Source: Candidatus Hydrogenedentota bacterium
Lineage (GTDB): Bacteria > Hydrogenedentota > Hydrogenedentia > Hydrogenedentales > SLHB01
Direction: 5' to 3'
Length of the DNA stretch: 64,000 nucleotides
NCBI GenBank assembly: GCA_029974275.1
Contig: JARKSN010000276.1
Location: 16,009 to 80,008, forward strand
In this document: positions 30,553 to 40,122 of the stretch, piece after piece
How the letters are laid out: each line of letters starts with the position of its first letter
How positions within the stretch are numbered: position 1 is the first letter of the stretch
Position numbers and translations under genes: made by a program
The notes under the pieces: generated by a model
Seen by the model: only the letters and a program-made list of their open reading frames with translations
The model's database searches: none
Told to the model about the DNA's origin: nothing

Positions 30553-31451
30553 CGCCGATGTCCAAAGCGCTGCCGTTATTCTTCAAGGAATATGGAAATC
30601 CGAAACATCCCGCCGTCATGTTGCTGCACGGTTTTCTGGGAAACGCCAACGATTGGATCTCTGTCGCAGAACGCTTCGCGGACGCGTTCCATGTCGTCAC
30701 GCCCGATCTGCCCGGGCATGGAAGGTCCCTGCTGAACGATCCGGACGCGATCTACGATATCCCGCTCACCGCAACATCCCTCTTACGACTGCTCACTGCG
30801 CTCGACATCCACCGCTGCGCCGTGGTCGGATATTCGATGGGCGGACGGCTGGCGCTCTACATGGCCATCACGCACCCGAACCGCATACGCGCCGCCGTCA
30901 TCGAATCCGGCACGCCCGGCATTGCTTCGGAAAGCGAACGCGCCGCGCGCCGCGCCCACGATGCGGCCCTCGCCCTGGAGTTCGAGAAGGAAAGCCTTGC
31001 CGAAGTCCTCACGCGCTGGTACGCCCGGCCGCTGTTCGACTCGCTCCGACGTCACCCGCGTTTCGAGGAACTGCTCCAAACACGCTTGACCAACGATCGG
31101 TTGGAGGCGGCGCGAGCGCTGGTCAATCTCGGCGCAGGAAGCCAGCCCAATCTCTGGCCCTCCCTGCCCGAGCATACCGTCCCCACGCTGATGCTCGTTG
31201 GCGAGCACGACGCTCGTTACATCGACATCGCGCGCGCCATGACAGCGCAATCGCCCGCAATCCGCATGGAAATTGCGTCCGGCGCCGGACATAACATACA
31301 CTTCGAAGTTCCCGAGGCGTTTGTGCAAAGCGTCCGCGCATTTCTCGAAAATGTATTGCGGGATCGCCCAGCGCAGCCCCGTCTTTCGCGATACAATGGC
31401 ATGTCTGACGGAACCTCGGGATCCTTAACCTGTAAAAGGAACCAACGATGA
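30549..31451 (+). CDS. menH: SHCHC synthase (alpha/beta hydrolase)
   Basis: [27 protein letters not shown]; lies between menD and menB. Confidence 0.9.
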   Translation: MTPMSKALPLFFKEYGNPKHPAVMLLHGFLGNANDWISVAERFADAFHVVTPDLPGHGRSLLNDPDAIYDIPLTATSLLRLLTALDIHRCAVVGYSMGGRLALYMAITHPNRIRAAVIESGTPGIASESERAARRAHDAALALEFEKESLAEVLTRWYARPLFDSLRRHPRFEELLQTRLTNDRLEAARALVNLGAGSQPNLWPSLPEHTVPTLMLVGEHDARYIDIARAMTAQSPAIRMEIASGAGHNIHFEVPEAFVQSVRAFLENVLRDRPAQPRLSRYNGMSDGTSGSLTCKRNQR

Positions 31452-32272
31452 TTTCAATGCCATGGACCCCTGCGGGCCCTTCTTACGCCGACATCCGCTA
31501 CGAAAAAGCCGAGGGCATCGCAAAAATCACCCTCAACCGCCCGGAGGTCCGCAACGCCTTCCGTCCGCAAACCATCGACGAGATCATGCACGCACTCAAC
31601 GATGCACGATTCGATGGCGCCATCGGCGTCATCATCCTGACCGGCGAGGGCAAGGAAGCTTTCTGCTCCGGGGGCGATCAACGGATACGCGGGGACGCAG
31701 GCTACCGCGACGACGCGGGCGTCCATCGCCTCAACGTGCTCGACCTGCAACGGCAGATGCGCACCTGTCCAAAGCCGATCATCGCAATGGTCGCGGGCTA
31801 CGCAATCGGCGGCGGCCACGTGCTGCACCTCATGGCCGACCTCACCATCGCCGCCGACAACGCGGTTTTCGGCCAAACCGGCCCGCGCGTCGGCTCCTTC
31901 GACGGCGGCTTTGGCGCGTCCTACATGGCGCGGGTCGTCGGTCAAAAGAAGGCGCGCGAGATATGGTTTCTCTGCCGCAAGTACGACGCACAACAAGCGC
32001 TCGACATGGGATTGATCAACACCGTCGTGCCCTACGATCGCCTCGAAGAAGAAACGCTGCAATGGTGCCGCGAAATCCTGGCCAACTCGCCCATGGCGAT
32101 CCGCTGCCTCAAAGCCGCGCTCAACGCCGATTGCGACGGACAAGCCGGCCTTCAGGAACTCGCCGGAAACGCCACCATGCTATTTTACATGACCGAAGAA
32201 GGCCAAGAGGGCCGCAACGCCTTCCTCGAAAAGCGCCCGCCGGATTTCTCGAAATTCACGCGAAACCCTTGA
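31448..32272 (+). CDS. menB: 1,4-dihydroxy-2-naphthoyl-CoA synthase
   Basis: [42 protein letters not shown]. Confidence 0.98.
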   Translation: MISMPWTPAGPSYADIRYEKAEGIAKITLNRPEVRNAFRPQTIDEIMHALNDARFDGAIGVIILTGEGKEAFCSGGDQRIRGDAGYRDDAGVHRLNVLDLQRQMRTCPKPIIAMVAGYAIGGGHVLHLMADLTIAADNAVFGQTGPRVGSFDGGFGASYMARVVGQKKAREIWFLCRKYDAQQALDMGLINTVVPYDRLEEETLQWCREILANSPMAIRCLKAALNADCDGQAGLQELAGNATMLFYMTEEGQEGRNAFLEKRPPDFSKFTRNP

Positions 32273-32498
32273 CGCGAGTCCCAAACCCATTCACGCCCCA
32301 CGAGTGCAAGCCCAAACAAGCAACTCACCTGCTTTCCTATTCACATGATATCTTCACATCCCTGCCGCACCACGCACATAGCAATTCGTCAACATTTTGT
32401 CAAACGCGCCATACATCCGCAACAACAATCCGTCAAAACAACACACATTAAATTCGCAACCCCCCCGCACAACAATGAATTACATAATGCCGTCATGT

Positions 32499-32514
32499 CG
32501 GCATGAATATTGCT
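32499..32514 (+). promoter_or_regulatory. Putative sigma54 (-24/-12) promoter of PEP-CTERM gene
   Basis: CGGCATGAATATTGCT has GG-N10-GC and is close to consensus TGGCACG-N4-TTGCW. Confidence 0.65.
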
Positions 32515-32654
32515 TGCTTTATCGCGGCTGCGGCGATGCCACTCCCGAAGTGCTGAACCAAGCAAGGGAGGGCGATGCTTCCAATGAAACGATTCCAATG
32601 AATGGAACGCTTACGGCGTGGATGATGCTTGGCTGAAGCGCAAGAAGATAGGAA

Positions 32655-33395
32655 ATGTTTGGAAAAACAAGGACGACCGTTCACGCCCTTGCCTTGGTTT
32701 TGCTATTGACTGTTTGCAGCGGACATGCGTTTGGCTTGCTGTTTACAGGGACAAGCGGAAATCTGGCGGCTTCGGTCGAATTCGAATTGGTGGCAGGCAA
32801 CCTGCAAGTCACGCTGACCAATACGTCCATGGCCGACGTCCTGGTTCCATCGGATGTGCTGACCGGCGTTTTCTTCACGCTGGCCGGCGATCCTGCCTTG
32901 ACATCGCTTTCCGCCGTCCTGACGGCAGGCAGCACCGTGTTTTTCGGAGGGACAGACCCCGGAAACGTGGTGGGCGGCGAATGGGCCTATGCATCAGGCC
33001 TGAACGGGGCGCCTCGGGGCGCGAACCAAGGCATTAGCAGTTCCGGACTAGGCCTGTTTGGCGCGGCCACCTTTCCGGGATCGAATCTGCAAGGGCCCGT
33101 TGCGGTCAACGGCATGCAGTATGGCCTTGTCTCGCTGGGAGATAACCCGGCTACGGGCAATGCTCCGGTGACGGGATCCAACGCCTTCATTCACAACTCG
33201 GCCGTGTTCACGCTGGGCAATTTGCCCACGGACTTTTCACTGCACGATATTTCCAACGTGAGTTTCCAATATGGAACCTCATTGACCGAACCCAATTTCC
33301 CTGGAGATACGCCGGTGGTGCCGGAACCCGCCACCTTTGTGTTGCTGGGCATAGGCATCGCGGCCTTTGCCACACGGCGCACGAGAAAAACATAA
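32655..33395 (+). CDS. PEP-CTERM exosortase-dependent surface protein (possibly XDD4 family)
   Basis: Signal peptide; Gly/Ser/Thr/Asn-rich body; C-terminal VPEPATFVLLGIGIAAFATRRTRK. Confidence 0.92.
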   Translation: MFGKTRTTVHALALVLLLTVCSGHAFGLLFTGTSGNLAASVEFELVAGNLQVTLTNTSMADVLVPSDVLTGVFFTLAGDPALTSLSAVLTAGSTVFFGGTDPGNVVGGEWAYASGLNGAPRGANQGISSSGLGLFGAATFPGSNLQGPVAVNGMQYGLVSLGDNPATGNAPVTGSNAFIHNSAVFTLGNLPTDFSLHDISNVSFQYGTSLTEPNFPGDTPVVPEPATFVLLGIGIAAFATRRTRKT

Positions 33396-33475
33396 CAGCG
33401 GCTACTTCTCTATCCTTAACTCCCTGGACTTTCGCCAACGGATGACCATGCCGTTGGCGAATGATCTTTTCGCGA

Positions 33476-34123
33476 TCAGTCTTCGCTTGAAGAATCCGGT
33501 TCCACGGGGGCGGTTTCGACAAACGGCGCGGGAAAAGGAAGAGTCGGTTCGACCGCAAAAGGCAGTTCCATTTGCTGATGCCGGATGAATTTGTACCGCT
33601 TGAGCAACCGCAAGGTCTGTAAGGTAGGCGAGGGATACGCGACGTTGGCGCTGACCTTGTGGAGAAGGTCCTGCAAAATGGCAGGGAATTCCATGACATG
33701 CTTGATGTTGGCTGCCTGCAACAGCGAGACGGCGCGGCGGCGTTGCTCGGCGGAAACCGGGAGTTCGGACAGAATCAGGATCGTGACAAAAGGCTGGCCG
33801 GCAAAGACTTCACGGGCCAACGCCAAGGCGCTTTCCTCAGCGAACTGAAATAGCACCGGGTTCGCCTCGATAACCGAGGGGTAGAAACGGTCGGCATGCC
33901 ACGCACGAACCTCGACGACGGCGCGTTCTATAAGGGGCAGTTCCTCCGGGGGCAGCACAAAAGCAGGTTCGCGCATGGAAACCGTCCGGGTATTCTGAAG
34001 GAACATCTGCGGGCTATGCTCGGGAACCCGCTCGCGCCACGGCTCCTGCTGCCAGTTGGTCAGCGTCTGAAATAGATTGAGTTCGAAAAACTCCCGGACC
34101 AGTTGAAGGCTGACGTCCGCCAT
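33476..34123 (-). CDS. Hypothetical protein
   Basis: AAGGAAAGG SD then ATG 34123, 13 nt downstream of TPR gene; globular composition. Confidence 0.7.
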   Translation of the reverse strand: MADVSLQLVREFFELNLFQTLTNWQQEPWRERVPEHSPQMFLQNTRTVSMREPAFVLPPEELPLIERAVVEVRAWHADRFYPSVIEANPVLFQFAEESALALAREVFAGQPFVTILILSELPVSAEQRRRAVSLLQAANIKHVMEFPAILQDLLHKVSANVAYPSPTLQTLRLLKRYKFIRHQQMELPFAVEPTLPFPAPFVETAPVEPDSSSED

Positions 34124-34136
34124 GACCGCCCTTTCC

Positions 34137-34964
34137 TTACTTTTCCTGAGGCAACAGAGATTTTGCGAGCTTGTGTTCCGGGTCAATCGCGAGTATTTGC
34201 CTGGCGACGACGTGAGCTTGCTCCGCCCGATCTAGACGCTGGTAACACACGCCCTGCCGCGCCAGGATATCCACCCAGGTGAAATTCTCCCCGAACGCCG
34301 TGTAGTAGGTCTCGGGCTGCGCATGAACGCTTGCCGCGCGATACTCTTCGACAGCCGTAGCGAATTGGTCCATCGCCATGGCGACTTCGCCGCGCAGGAA
34401 ATGCCCCTCGACACTGTCCGGAGCCAACTCGAGCGACTTTTTGATAAGCGCATCGGCCTCGTCGAAGGTTTTCAGGGCCAGCGACGCGTTCCCGGTCAGC
34501 TTGGCGGCGCGCCCCAGCACCCATAACACGGCGAAACTGCGTCCGCCGCACAACAGAGCCGCCTGCGCCTGCCGCAACGCAACGTCCCATCGCCCTTCCA
34601 AAAACGCCGTCTGGGCCAGCCCCAGTTGAGCGCGCCAATTCGACGGATCCAATGTTAACGCTTTCTCGAACTCAGCCTTGGCCGGAGCCGCCATTCCCCC
34701 GGTCAACAAGGCGGATCCCAAATCCAGGCGCGCCGCCGTCATCTCGGGCTTGTGCCGGACGACAGAATGGAGCAGATCGATCGCACGGGACGACTGCCCC
34801 ATCCGAAGCAGACATTTCGCCAATTGATGGCGCGCCGCCAGGTACGCGGGATCGAGCTTCAGGGCTCGCTCAAAACACTGGAGGGCTCGCTTCAGATCGC
34901 CCTTCATGGAGGCCGTGATCCCGTCGTCGAAGTAACTCTCCGCGTTCTCTCCGCCAAAGGGCAT
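34137..34964 (-). CDS. Tetratricopeptide repeat protein
   Basis: Repeated helical units such as ALKLDPAYLAARHQLA, ALTLDPSNWRAQLGLA, LELAPDSVEGHFLRG. Confidence 0.85.
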   Translation of the reverse strand: MPFGGENAESYFDDGITASMKGDLKRALQCFERALKLDPAYLAARHQLAKCLLRMGQSSRAIDLLHSVVRHKPEMTAARLDLGSALLTGGMAAPAKAEFEKALTLDPSNWRAQLGLAQTAFLEGRWDVALRQAQAALLCGGRSFAVLWVLGRAAKLTGNASLALKTFDEADALIKKSLELAPDSVEGHFLRGEVAMAMDQFATAVEEYRAASVHAQPETYYTAFGENFTWVDILARQGVCYQRLDRAEQAHVVARQILAIDPEHKLAKSLLPQEK

Positions 34965-34977
34965 GGCCCCCCCCTTC

Positions 34978-36072
34978 TTATCCACGCCCTCCGCGTACGG
35001 CTTCGAGCGCCGCGCGCGTCTGCGCTTCGGTGATATCCTTCCGTTGAATCACGTGCGCCATGCCATCGGCAAGGATGAACTTCAACGCGCCCCCCACCGC
35101 TTTCTTGTCGTGCTGCATGGCTTCGAGCACAACGTCCACAGGCATCTCGGGCCAAGCGACCGGCAAACCGTATGCCTCGATGCAATCCCTCTGCCGTTGT
35201 ACAAACGCCTCATCCACGAGGCCAAGCTCCTGGGCCAGCGCCGCGGCCGCATGCATGCCCAACGCGACCGCCTCTCCATGAAGAAAACGGGCATACTTGC
35301 CGGCGGCCTCGAAACCATGACCAAAGGTGTGCCCATAGTTCAAAATGGCGCGGAGCCCCTGCTCGCGTTCGTCCTCCGCGACAATGCTCGCCTTGATCTC
35401 GCAACTGCGGCGGATGGGATACTCGAGCGCCGTCAGATCCTTGGCCAACAACCGCTCTGCGTTCGCTTCCATATATGCAAAAAGCGTCGCGTCGGCGATA
35501 ACGCCATGCTTGATGACTTCGGCAAGGCCCGCGCGAAGCTCGCGGTCCGGCAACGACCGGAGCAACGTCAGATCGATCACGACGGCGATCGGCTGGTGAA
35601 ACGACCCGATTATGTTCTTGGCAAGCGGATGGTTGACGCCGGTCTTCCCCCCGACGCTCGAATCGACCTGGGCCACGATCGTGGTCGGAACTTGCACAAA
35701 GCGAATGCCGCGCATGTACACGGCGGCGGCAAATCCCGCCACATCGCCCACAACCCCGCCGCCCAACGCCACGACAATGCTCGAACGATCGAGACCCGCC
35801 CTCAAAAACTCTCCGCAAAGCCACTCGATTCGATCAAGACGCTTGTTTTCCTCGCCAGCCTGCAGCACGCACAGACGAGGCCATAGCCCTGCCTCTCCCA
35901 GCAACTGGTCCACGGCCGCGCCGTACAACGGGGCTACGTTGGAATCCGTAACGATCGCGACCGCGCCGCGCGCGCCCAACCTCGACAAGACATCCTGGAG
36001 AACCGGCACCGTGTCCAATCCAATGTGGATGGGATACGACCGCTCTCCAAGCGACACGTCTATCTGCGTCAT
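34978..36072 (-). CDS. aroB: 3-dehydroquinate synthase
   Basis: GGGVVGDVAGF, VPTTIVAQVDSSVGGKTGVN, LNYGHTFGH, HGEAV, HDKK. Confidence 0.97.
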   Translation of the reverse strand: MTQIDVSLGERSYPIHIGLDTVPVLQDVLSRLGARGAVAIVTDSNVAPLYGAAVDQLLGEAGLWPRLCVLQAGEENKRLDRIEWLCGEFLRAGLDRSSIVVALGGGVVGDVAGFAAAVYMRGIRFVQVPTTIVAQVDSSVGGKTGVNHPLAKNIIGSFHQPIAVVIDLTLLRSLPDRELRAGLAEVIKHGVIADATLFAYMEANAERLLAKDLTALEYPIRRSCEIKASIVAEDEREQGLRAILNYGHTFGHGFEAAGKYARFLHGEAVALGMHAAAALAQELGLVDEAFVQRQRDCIEAYGLPVAWPEMPVDVVLEAMQHDKKAVGGALKFILADGMAHVIQRKDITEAQTRAALEAVRGGRG

Positions 36073-36151
36073 ACGGTAGGCGCTCCTTGCGTCAAAAACA
36101 GTCGGATATGGAAACGCTTCATGCAAAGGCTTCCTCAAGCCGCCTCAACGG

Positions 36152-37186
36152 CTAATGATTGAGCTTGACGGACTTGCCGGTCAGCGCAGACTTTTCCGCC
36201 GCGAGGATGATATCGAGCGATTTTTTCGCGTCTTCGCCTGTGCAAAACGGCGTGGCGCGGCCCAGCGAGGCGAGCACGAAATTGCCGCACGCATTGAGCC
36301 CCCACTCGTCGTCGTCATTGGTTGCGGCCTGAGCCGTCGGAAATTCGATCTCGCATTGCGGGTTCACCAGATACGCCACAACGGGCTTTCCGGGAAACTC
36401 GCACACGCGCAACGTGCCATTGGCGCAATGAAAGATCGTGTAGTTGGCCTCGCACCCCTTCACCGTCCACGAGGCGCACAACGTCCCCATTGTGCCGTCC
36501 GTAAACGTGAAACTGGACACGAAGTTGTCCTCGACGTCCGAGTTTTTCTTTTCGAGGCGGTTCATGTACCCCGAAATCTCCGCCACCTCCTTGCCGGTCA
36601 AAAAACGAATCAGATCGGCCTTATGCACCCCGAGGTCCGCCATCGCGCCAAAACGCGCCTCCTTCTTCTTGAAAAACCACTTGCCCGTCGGACTCCAATT
36701 TTCGGGGCCGGAATGACCGAACATGGAATTCACCACCAGAATCTTGCCCATCAGGCCGCTGTCGAGAACTTCCTTGGCCTTGACGTGAGCCGGAAAGAGA
36801 CGCTGCGTCTGGTCCACCATGAGCAGCTTCTTGGCTTTCTTGGCGGCATCCACCATCTTCTGCGCCTCGACAGAACTCGTAGCCATCGGCTTCTCGACAA
36901 GAACGTGGCAGTCGGCCTTCAACGCCGCGATCGTCGCCGGACCATGCAAATAGTTCGGCGTGCAGATGGAAACGCCATCCAAATCCATCTCTTTCAACAT
37001 CATCGAAAAATCGTGGAATATCTGCGCATCGGGCGCAAACTCCTGCGCCAATGCTCGCGCTTTCACAACGTCGATATCGCAAAATGCGACCACCTCGGCC
37101 TGCGGACAACGCGCGTAATCAGGAACGTGCAGATACTTGGCGATTTGGCCGCACCCAATAATGCCTACCCGGAATTTCTTATCCAT
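36152..37186 (-). CDS. Gfo/Idh/MocA oxidoreductase
   Basis: GIIGCGQIA, CTPNYLH, VLVEKPMA, DLGVH. Confidence 0.92.
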   Translation of the reverse strand: MDKKFRVGIIGCGQIAKYLHVPDYARCPQAEVVAFCDIDVVKARALAQEFAPDAQIFHDFSMMLKEMDLDGVSICTPNYLHGPATIAALKADCHVLVEKPMATSSVEAQKMVDAAKKAKKLLMVDQTQRLFPAHVKAKEVLDSGLMGKILVVNSMFGHSGPENWSPTGKWFFKKKEARFGAMADLGVHKADLIRFLTGKEVAEISGYMNRLEKKNSDVEDNFVSSFTFTDGTMGTLCASWTVKGCEANYTIFHCANGTLRVCEFPGKPVVAYLVNPQCEIEFPTAQAATNDDDEWGLNACGNFVLASLGRATPFCTGEDAKKSLDIILAAEKSALTGKSVKLNH

Positions 37187-37349
37187 GACGATTCCCCTTC
37201 TTGGGCTGTTTCCACGAAAGAACAGACTTCGCTCCGCGAGAGCCGCACGGAGCCACTGACCCATTCACCAAACCTCGAAAGAGCATTCTACCGGCTCATG
37301 TCGAACGGCGCAAATCCTCGAATAGCTGTTTTTTGTCTGGACGCTAATT

Positions 37350-37358
37350 TGTTATACT
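37350..37358 (+). promoter_or_regulatory. Extended -10 promoter element for the small protein / WYL protein operon
   Basis: TGtTATACT in a T-rich intergenic stretch about 45 nt before ATG 37401. Confidence 0.45.
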
Positions 37359-37400
37359 TTGTCCTTTGTGTTTTGTATCGAAATTAAGGATGGGCATGCT

Positions 37401-37607
37401 ATGCAGGGCGTCAAATTGCACGGGGGAATCGCCCTTATTGAGGTGACGGATCCAATGCTGCTGACGGAGATAGAGAGCGATCCGGCGTTGCGGCGTTTTT
37501 TGGGCGAACGGCTGTCGGATCGGTGTGTTGCGGTACAGCCGCAGGCTGTGACGGAGGTGGTCCGGCGGTTGCAGGGAATGGGGCATTTGCCGAGGGTTGT
37601 CGAGTGA
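37401..37607 (+). CDS. Small (68 aa) protein, candidate p8/Tfb5-like fold
   Basis: TAAGGA SD then ATG 37401; stop overlaps next start (GTGA); similar to an internal segment of the downstream protein. Confidence 0.75.
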   Translation: MQGVKLHGGIALIEVTDPMLLTEIESDPALRRFLGERLSDRCVAVQPQAVTEVVRRLQGMGHLPRVVE

Positions 37608-40111
37608 GTCAGCCGTTTACGACAAAGGAATGTCTGCGGGGATATACGAACGAGGCGTTGGGCGCGATCTGCGATCGGTGGCGTTTGGCGGCGCAGAGCA
37701 AGGAGAGCCGCATTCGCGCGATCGAGCATATTTTGCGTGAGCCGTTGCATGTGCAGGCGGCCCTTCAGGAGATGGAGGGGGCGGCGCTGCGGTTGGTGCA
37801 TTTGGTTTGGGGAAGCCATCCTGTGTTTGCGGGGGATGTGTTGGGGGTGCGGGGGCTGTATCAGGCGTCGCATCCGGCCAAGCTTTTGGGCGATCTTGCG
37901 GGGCGGGGTTTTGTGTTGGCATGTCCGCAGGAGCGAGCAGGCGTTTTTTCGCTGGAGGATGTGGCGCGAGAGCATGGGCCTGGGGAGATGGGCCCGTTGT
38001 TGATGGTTCCGGATGCCGTGGGGGAGCAGCTCGCGGTTGCGCCTTCTCCCCCTTTGTCGATAGCGGTTCCGGTGACGGAGGCATCGGCGGAGGGCGCGTC
38101 TTCTCGCGATCGGGCGACGTCGGTTTTTTTGGAGACGCTTCGTGCGGTGGAGGTGTTGTCGCCTCGGGTGACGGCGCAGGGGGAGGTGCACAAGGCTGAT
38201 GAGGCTCGGGCGCTTGAGATGGTGCGGGAGTCTTCCATTTCGGCCGAGGCGTTTAGCCTTGCGTTGATGGAGGCGCGCGAATTGGGCTGCGTCGAGGCGC
38301 GAGAGGGGCGGTTGTGCACGACGGAGCGTGCGAGCGCGTGGACGGAGTTGGGCCGGGCCGATCGCGCCCGTGATTTGTTCCGGGCCTACGTTGCGTCGCC
38401 GGGGTTGTCGGACGTGAAACTGTTCTTTCCGGAGTTGTTTGACGCAATGTGCGAGCGTTTGCCGTTGCATTCGTTGCGGCGGACGTATCACAAGGCGTTG
38501 GCGGCGGCGATTCTTCGCGGGCAGGCGGAGGGGGCGTGGCATCGCATCGCGGATTTCATTCATGCGGCGTACCACATGGACCGCAACGTGTTGTTTTTGG
38601 AAGCGCGGTGGCGCGCGATTCAGTCGCAGGCGCACGATGCGTCGCACGCGTGGCAGGAGCGTTCGTGGCAAACGCATGAGACGCGGTTGTTCTCGTGGAT
38701 GATCACGTCGTTATTGCGGGACCTGGATATGGTGGATATTTCCCGGGGCGGCGAAGCGTTTCGGGTGACTCCCTTGGGCCGTTATGCCTTGGGCGTGGGC
38801 GCGTGCCCGGATGAGGCGGACTTGGTCGATGGACGTGCGCTGGTGGTTCAGCCGGATTTCGAGGTGCTGCTGTACATGGATCGATGCACGCCGGAGCTTC
38901 GGCGCAAGTTGGACACGTTTTGCGAGCGAGTGCGCGGCGGTCCTGTCAGCACGTACAAATTGACGAAGGAGGCGTTGTATCGCGGGGCGCGCTCGAACAT
39001 GTCCGCGGCCGATTTCATGCGGATGTTGGGCCGGTATGCGATGAAGCCCATTCCGGAGAATGTGCATCGGCAGGTTGCGACGTGGGAGCGCCGGCTGGAG
39101 TCGTTGGTGATTCGGAGCCGGTGCGATGTGGCGGAGTATCCGACGCCGCAGGCGGCCAAGCAGGCGGCGGCGATTCCCGGAGCGCGGTTGGTGGGCGATC
39201 GTTTTGTATTGATGACGGAGCCGCCTCGGGAGGTGAGCGTTCGGGTGGACTATCGGCAGCCGTTGCGGCGTTTCATGAGGCCCGAGAAGGGGTTTCAGTT
39301 CCGGGTTCCCTGGGAGAAGAGTCATTTGTTTCTGAGGTCGATGCTGGGCGATATCGCTGATCTTGAGACGGACGCTTCCGGAGGGGTGACGGTGCGACTG
39401 TCGCAACGCAAGATTGGGGCGATGGATGATTGGTCGCTTGTGGCGGCGCAGCTGGAGGCGGTGAGCGAGGAGCCTTTGCCCGCGCGATTCCGTTTGATAA
39501 TCCGGGCGTGGATGGGGGATGTTGAGCCGGCGCTTTCCGGTTCGGCGCCGTTGGTGCGTTTTGTCGATCCGGACGTGTGCGAGAGCGTTTTGGAACTGGC
39601 GGCGACCAAACAGATGGTCGAGGGGCGGTTAGGGTTGTATACGCTTGTGCTGCGCAAAGGGCAGGCGACGTCGTTCCGAAATCTGCTTAAGGAGCATGGC
39701 ATTCGCATGGTGGCCGGGGAGGCGTTTGCCGACACGCAGCCGCCCGAGACGTGGGTAGGGGATTGGGTCCGGCGCCATGGCCATGGACAGGAAATGGAGA
39801 AGACGGCGGGCGGGGACCATCGCGAGGGACGTCATGCGCCCACGCAACCGGATGAGCAGTTGCCGGCGTATTCGCCGCGCATCGTGCGGGAGATTGTCGA
39901 AGAGGCCATAGCCCGTCGGCATGCGATCCTGATTGCGTACCAGTCGGCGTGGGGGCCGACCCCTTCCATTCGGAAGGTCAACCCCGTGTCGCTGGATTTG
40001 ACGAACCGGACGCCGACGGTGAGCGGTTATTGTCACTTGCATGGCGGCGCGCGCAGTTTCAAGCTTTCGCAAATTACGGGCATTCGCGTTTTGGAGGATG
40101 AAACGTTCTGA
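37604..40111 (+). CDS. Helicase-associated (XPB N-terminal / Helicase_C_3-like) domain protein with C-terminal WYL domain; no helicase motor motifs
   Basis: LVVQPDFEV...YKLTKEALYRG...PIPENVHRQVATW; C-terminal EAIARRHAILIAY...RKVNP...GYCHLHGGARSFKLSQI (WYL). Confidence 0.85.
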   Translation: MSQPFTTKECLRGYTNEALGAICDRWRLAAQSKESRIRAIEHILREPLHVQAALQEMEGAALRLVHLVWGSHPVFAGDVLGVRGLYQASHPAKLLGDLAGRGFVLACPQERAGVFSLEDVAREHGPGEMGPLLMVPDAVGEQLAVAPSPPLSIAVPVTEASAEGASSRDRATSVFLETLRAVEVLSPRVTAQGEVHKADEARALEMVRESSISAEAFSLALMEARELGCVEAREGRLCTTERASAWTELGRADRARDLFRAYVASPGLSDVKLFFPELFDAMCERLPLHSLRRTYHKALAAAILRGQAEGAWHRIADFIHAAYHMDRNVLFLEARWRAIQSQAHDASHAWQERSWQTHETRLFSWMITSLLRDLDMVDISRGGEAFRVTPLGRYALGVGACPDEADLVDGRALVVQPDFEVLLYMDRCTPELRRKLDTFCERVRGGPVSTYKLTKEALYRGARSNMSAADFMRMLGRYAMKPIPENVHRQVATWERRLESLVIRSRCDVAEYPTPQAAKQAAAIPGARLVGDRFVLMTEPPREVSVRVDYRQPLRRFMRPEKGFQFRVPWEKSHLFLRSMLGDIADLETDASGGVTVRLSQRKIGAMDDWSLVAAQLEAVSEEPLPARFRLIIRAWMGDVEPALSGSAPLVRFVDPDVCESVLELAATKQMVEGRLGLYTLVLRKGQATSFRNLLKEHGIRMVAGEAFADTQPPETWVGDWVRRHGHGQEMEKTAGGDHREGRHAPTQPDEQLPAYSPRIVREIVEEAIARRHAILIAYQSAWGPTPSIRKVNPVSLDLTNRTPTVSGYCHLHGGARSFKLSQITGIRVLEDETF

Positions 40112-40122
40112 GCGTTTTTGCT

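Noticed and set aside
34967..34974. G8 run between aroB stop and TPR start
   Set aside because: Serves as the SD region; no evidence of variation and limited predicted effect.
34978..34986. DnaA-box-like TTATCCACG (also near 49896)
   Set aside because: Isolated one-mismatch hits in or at genes, not clustered; do not support oriC.
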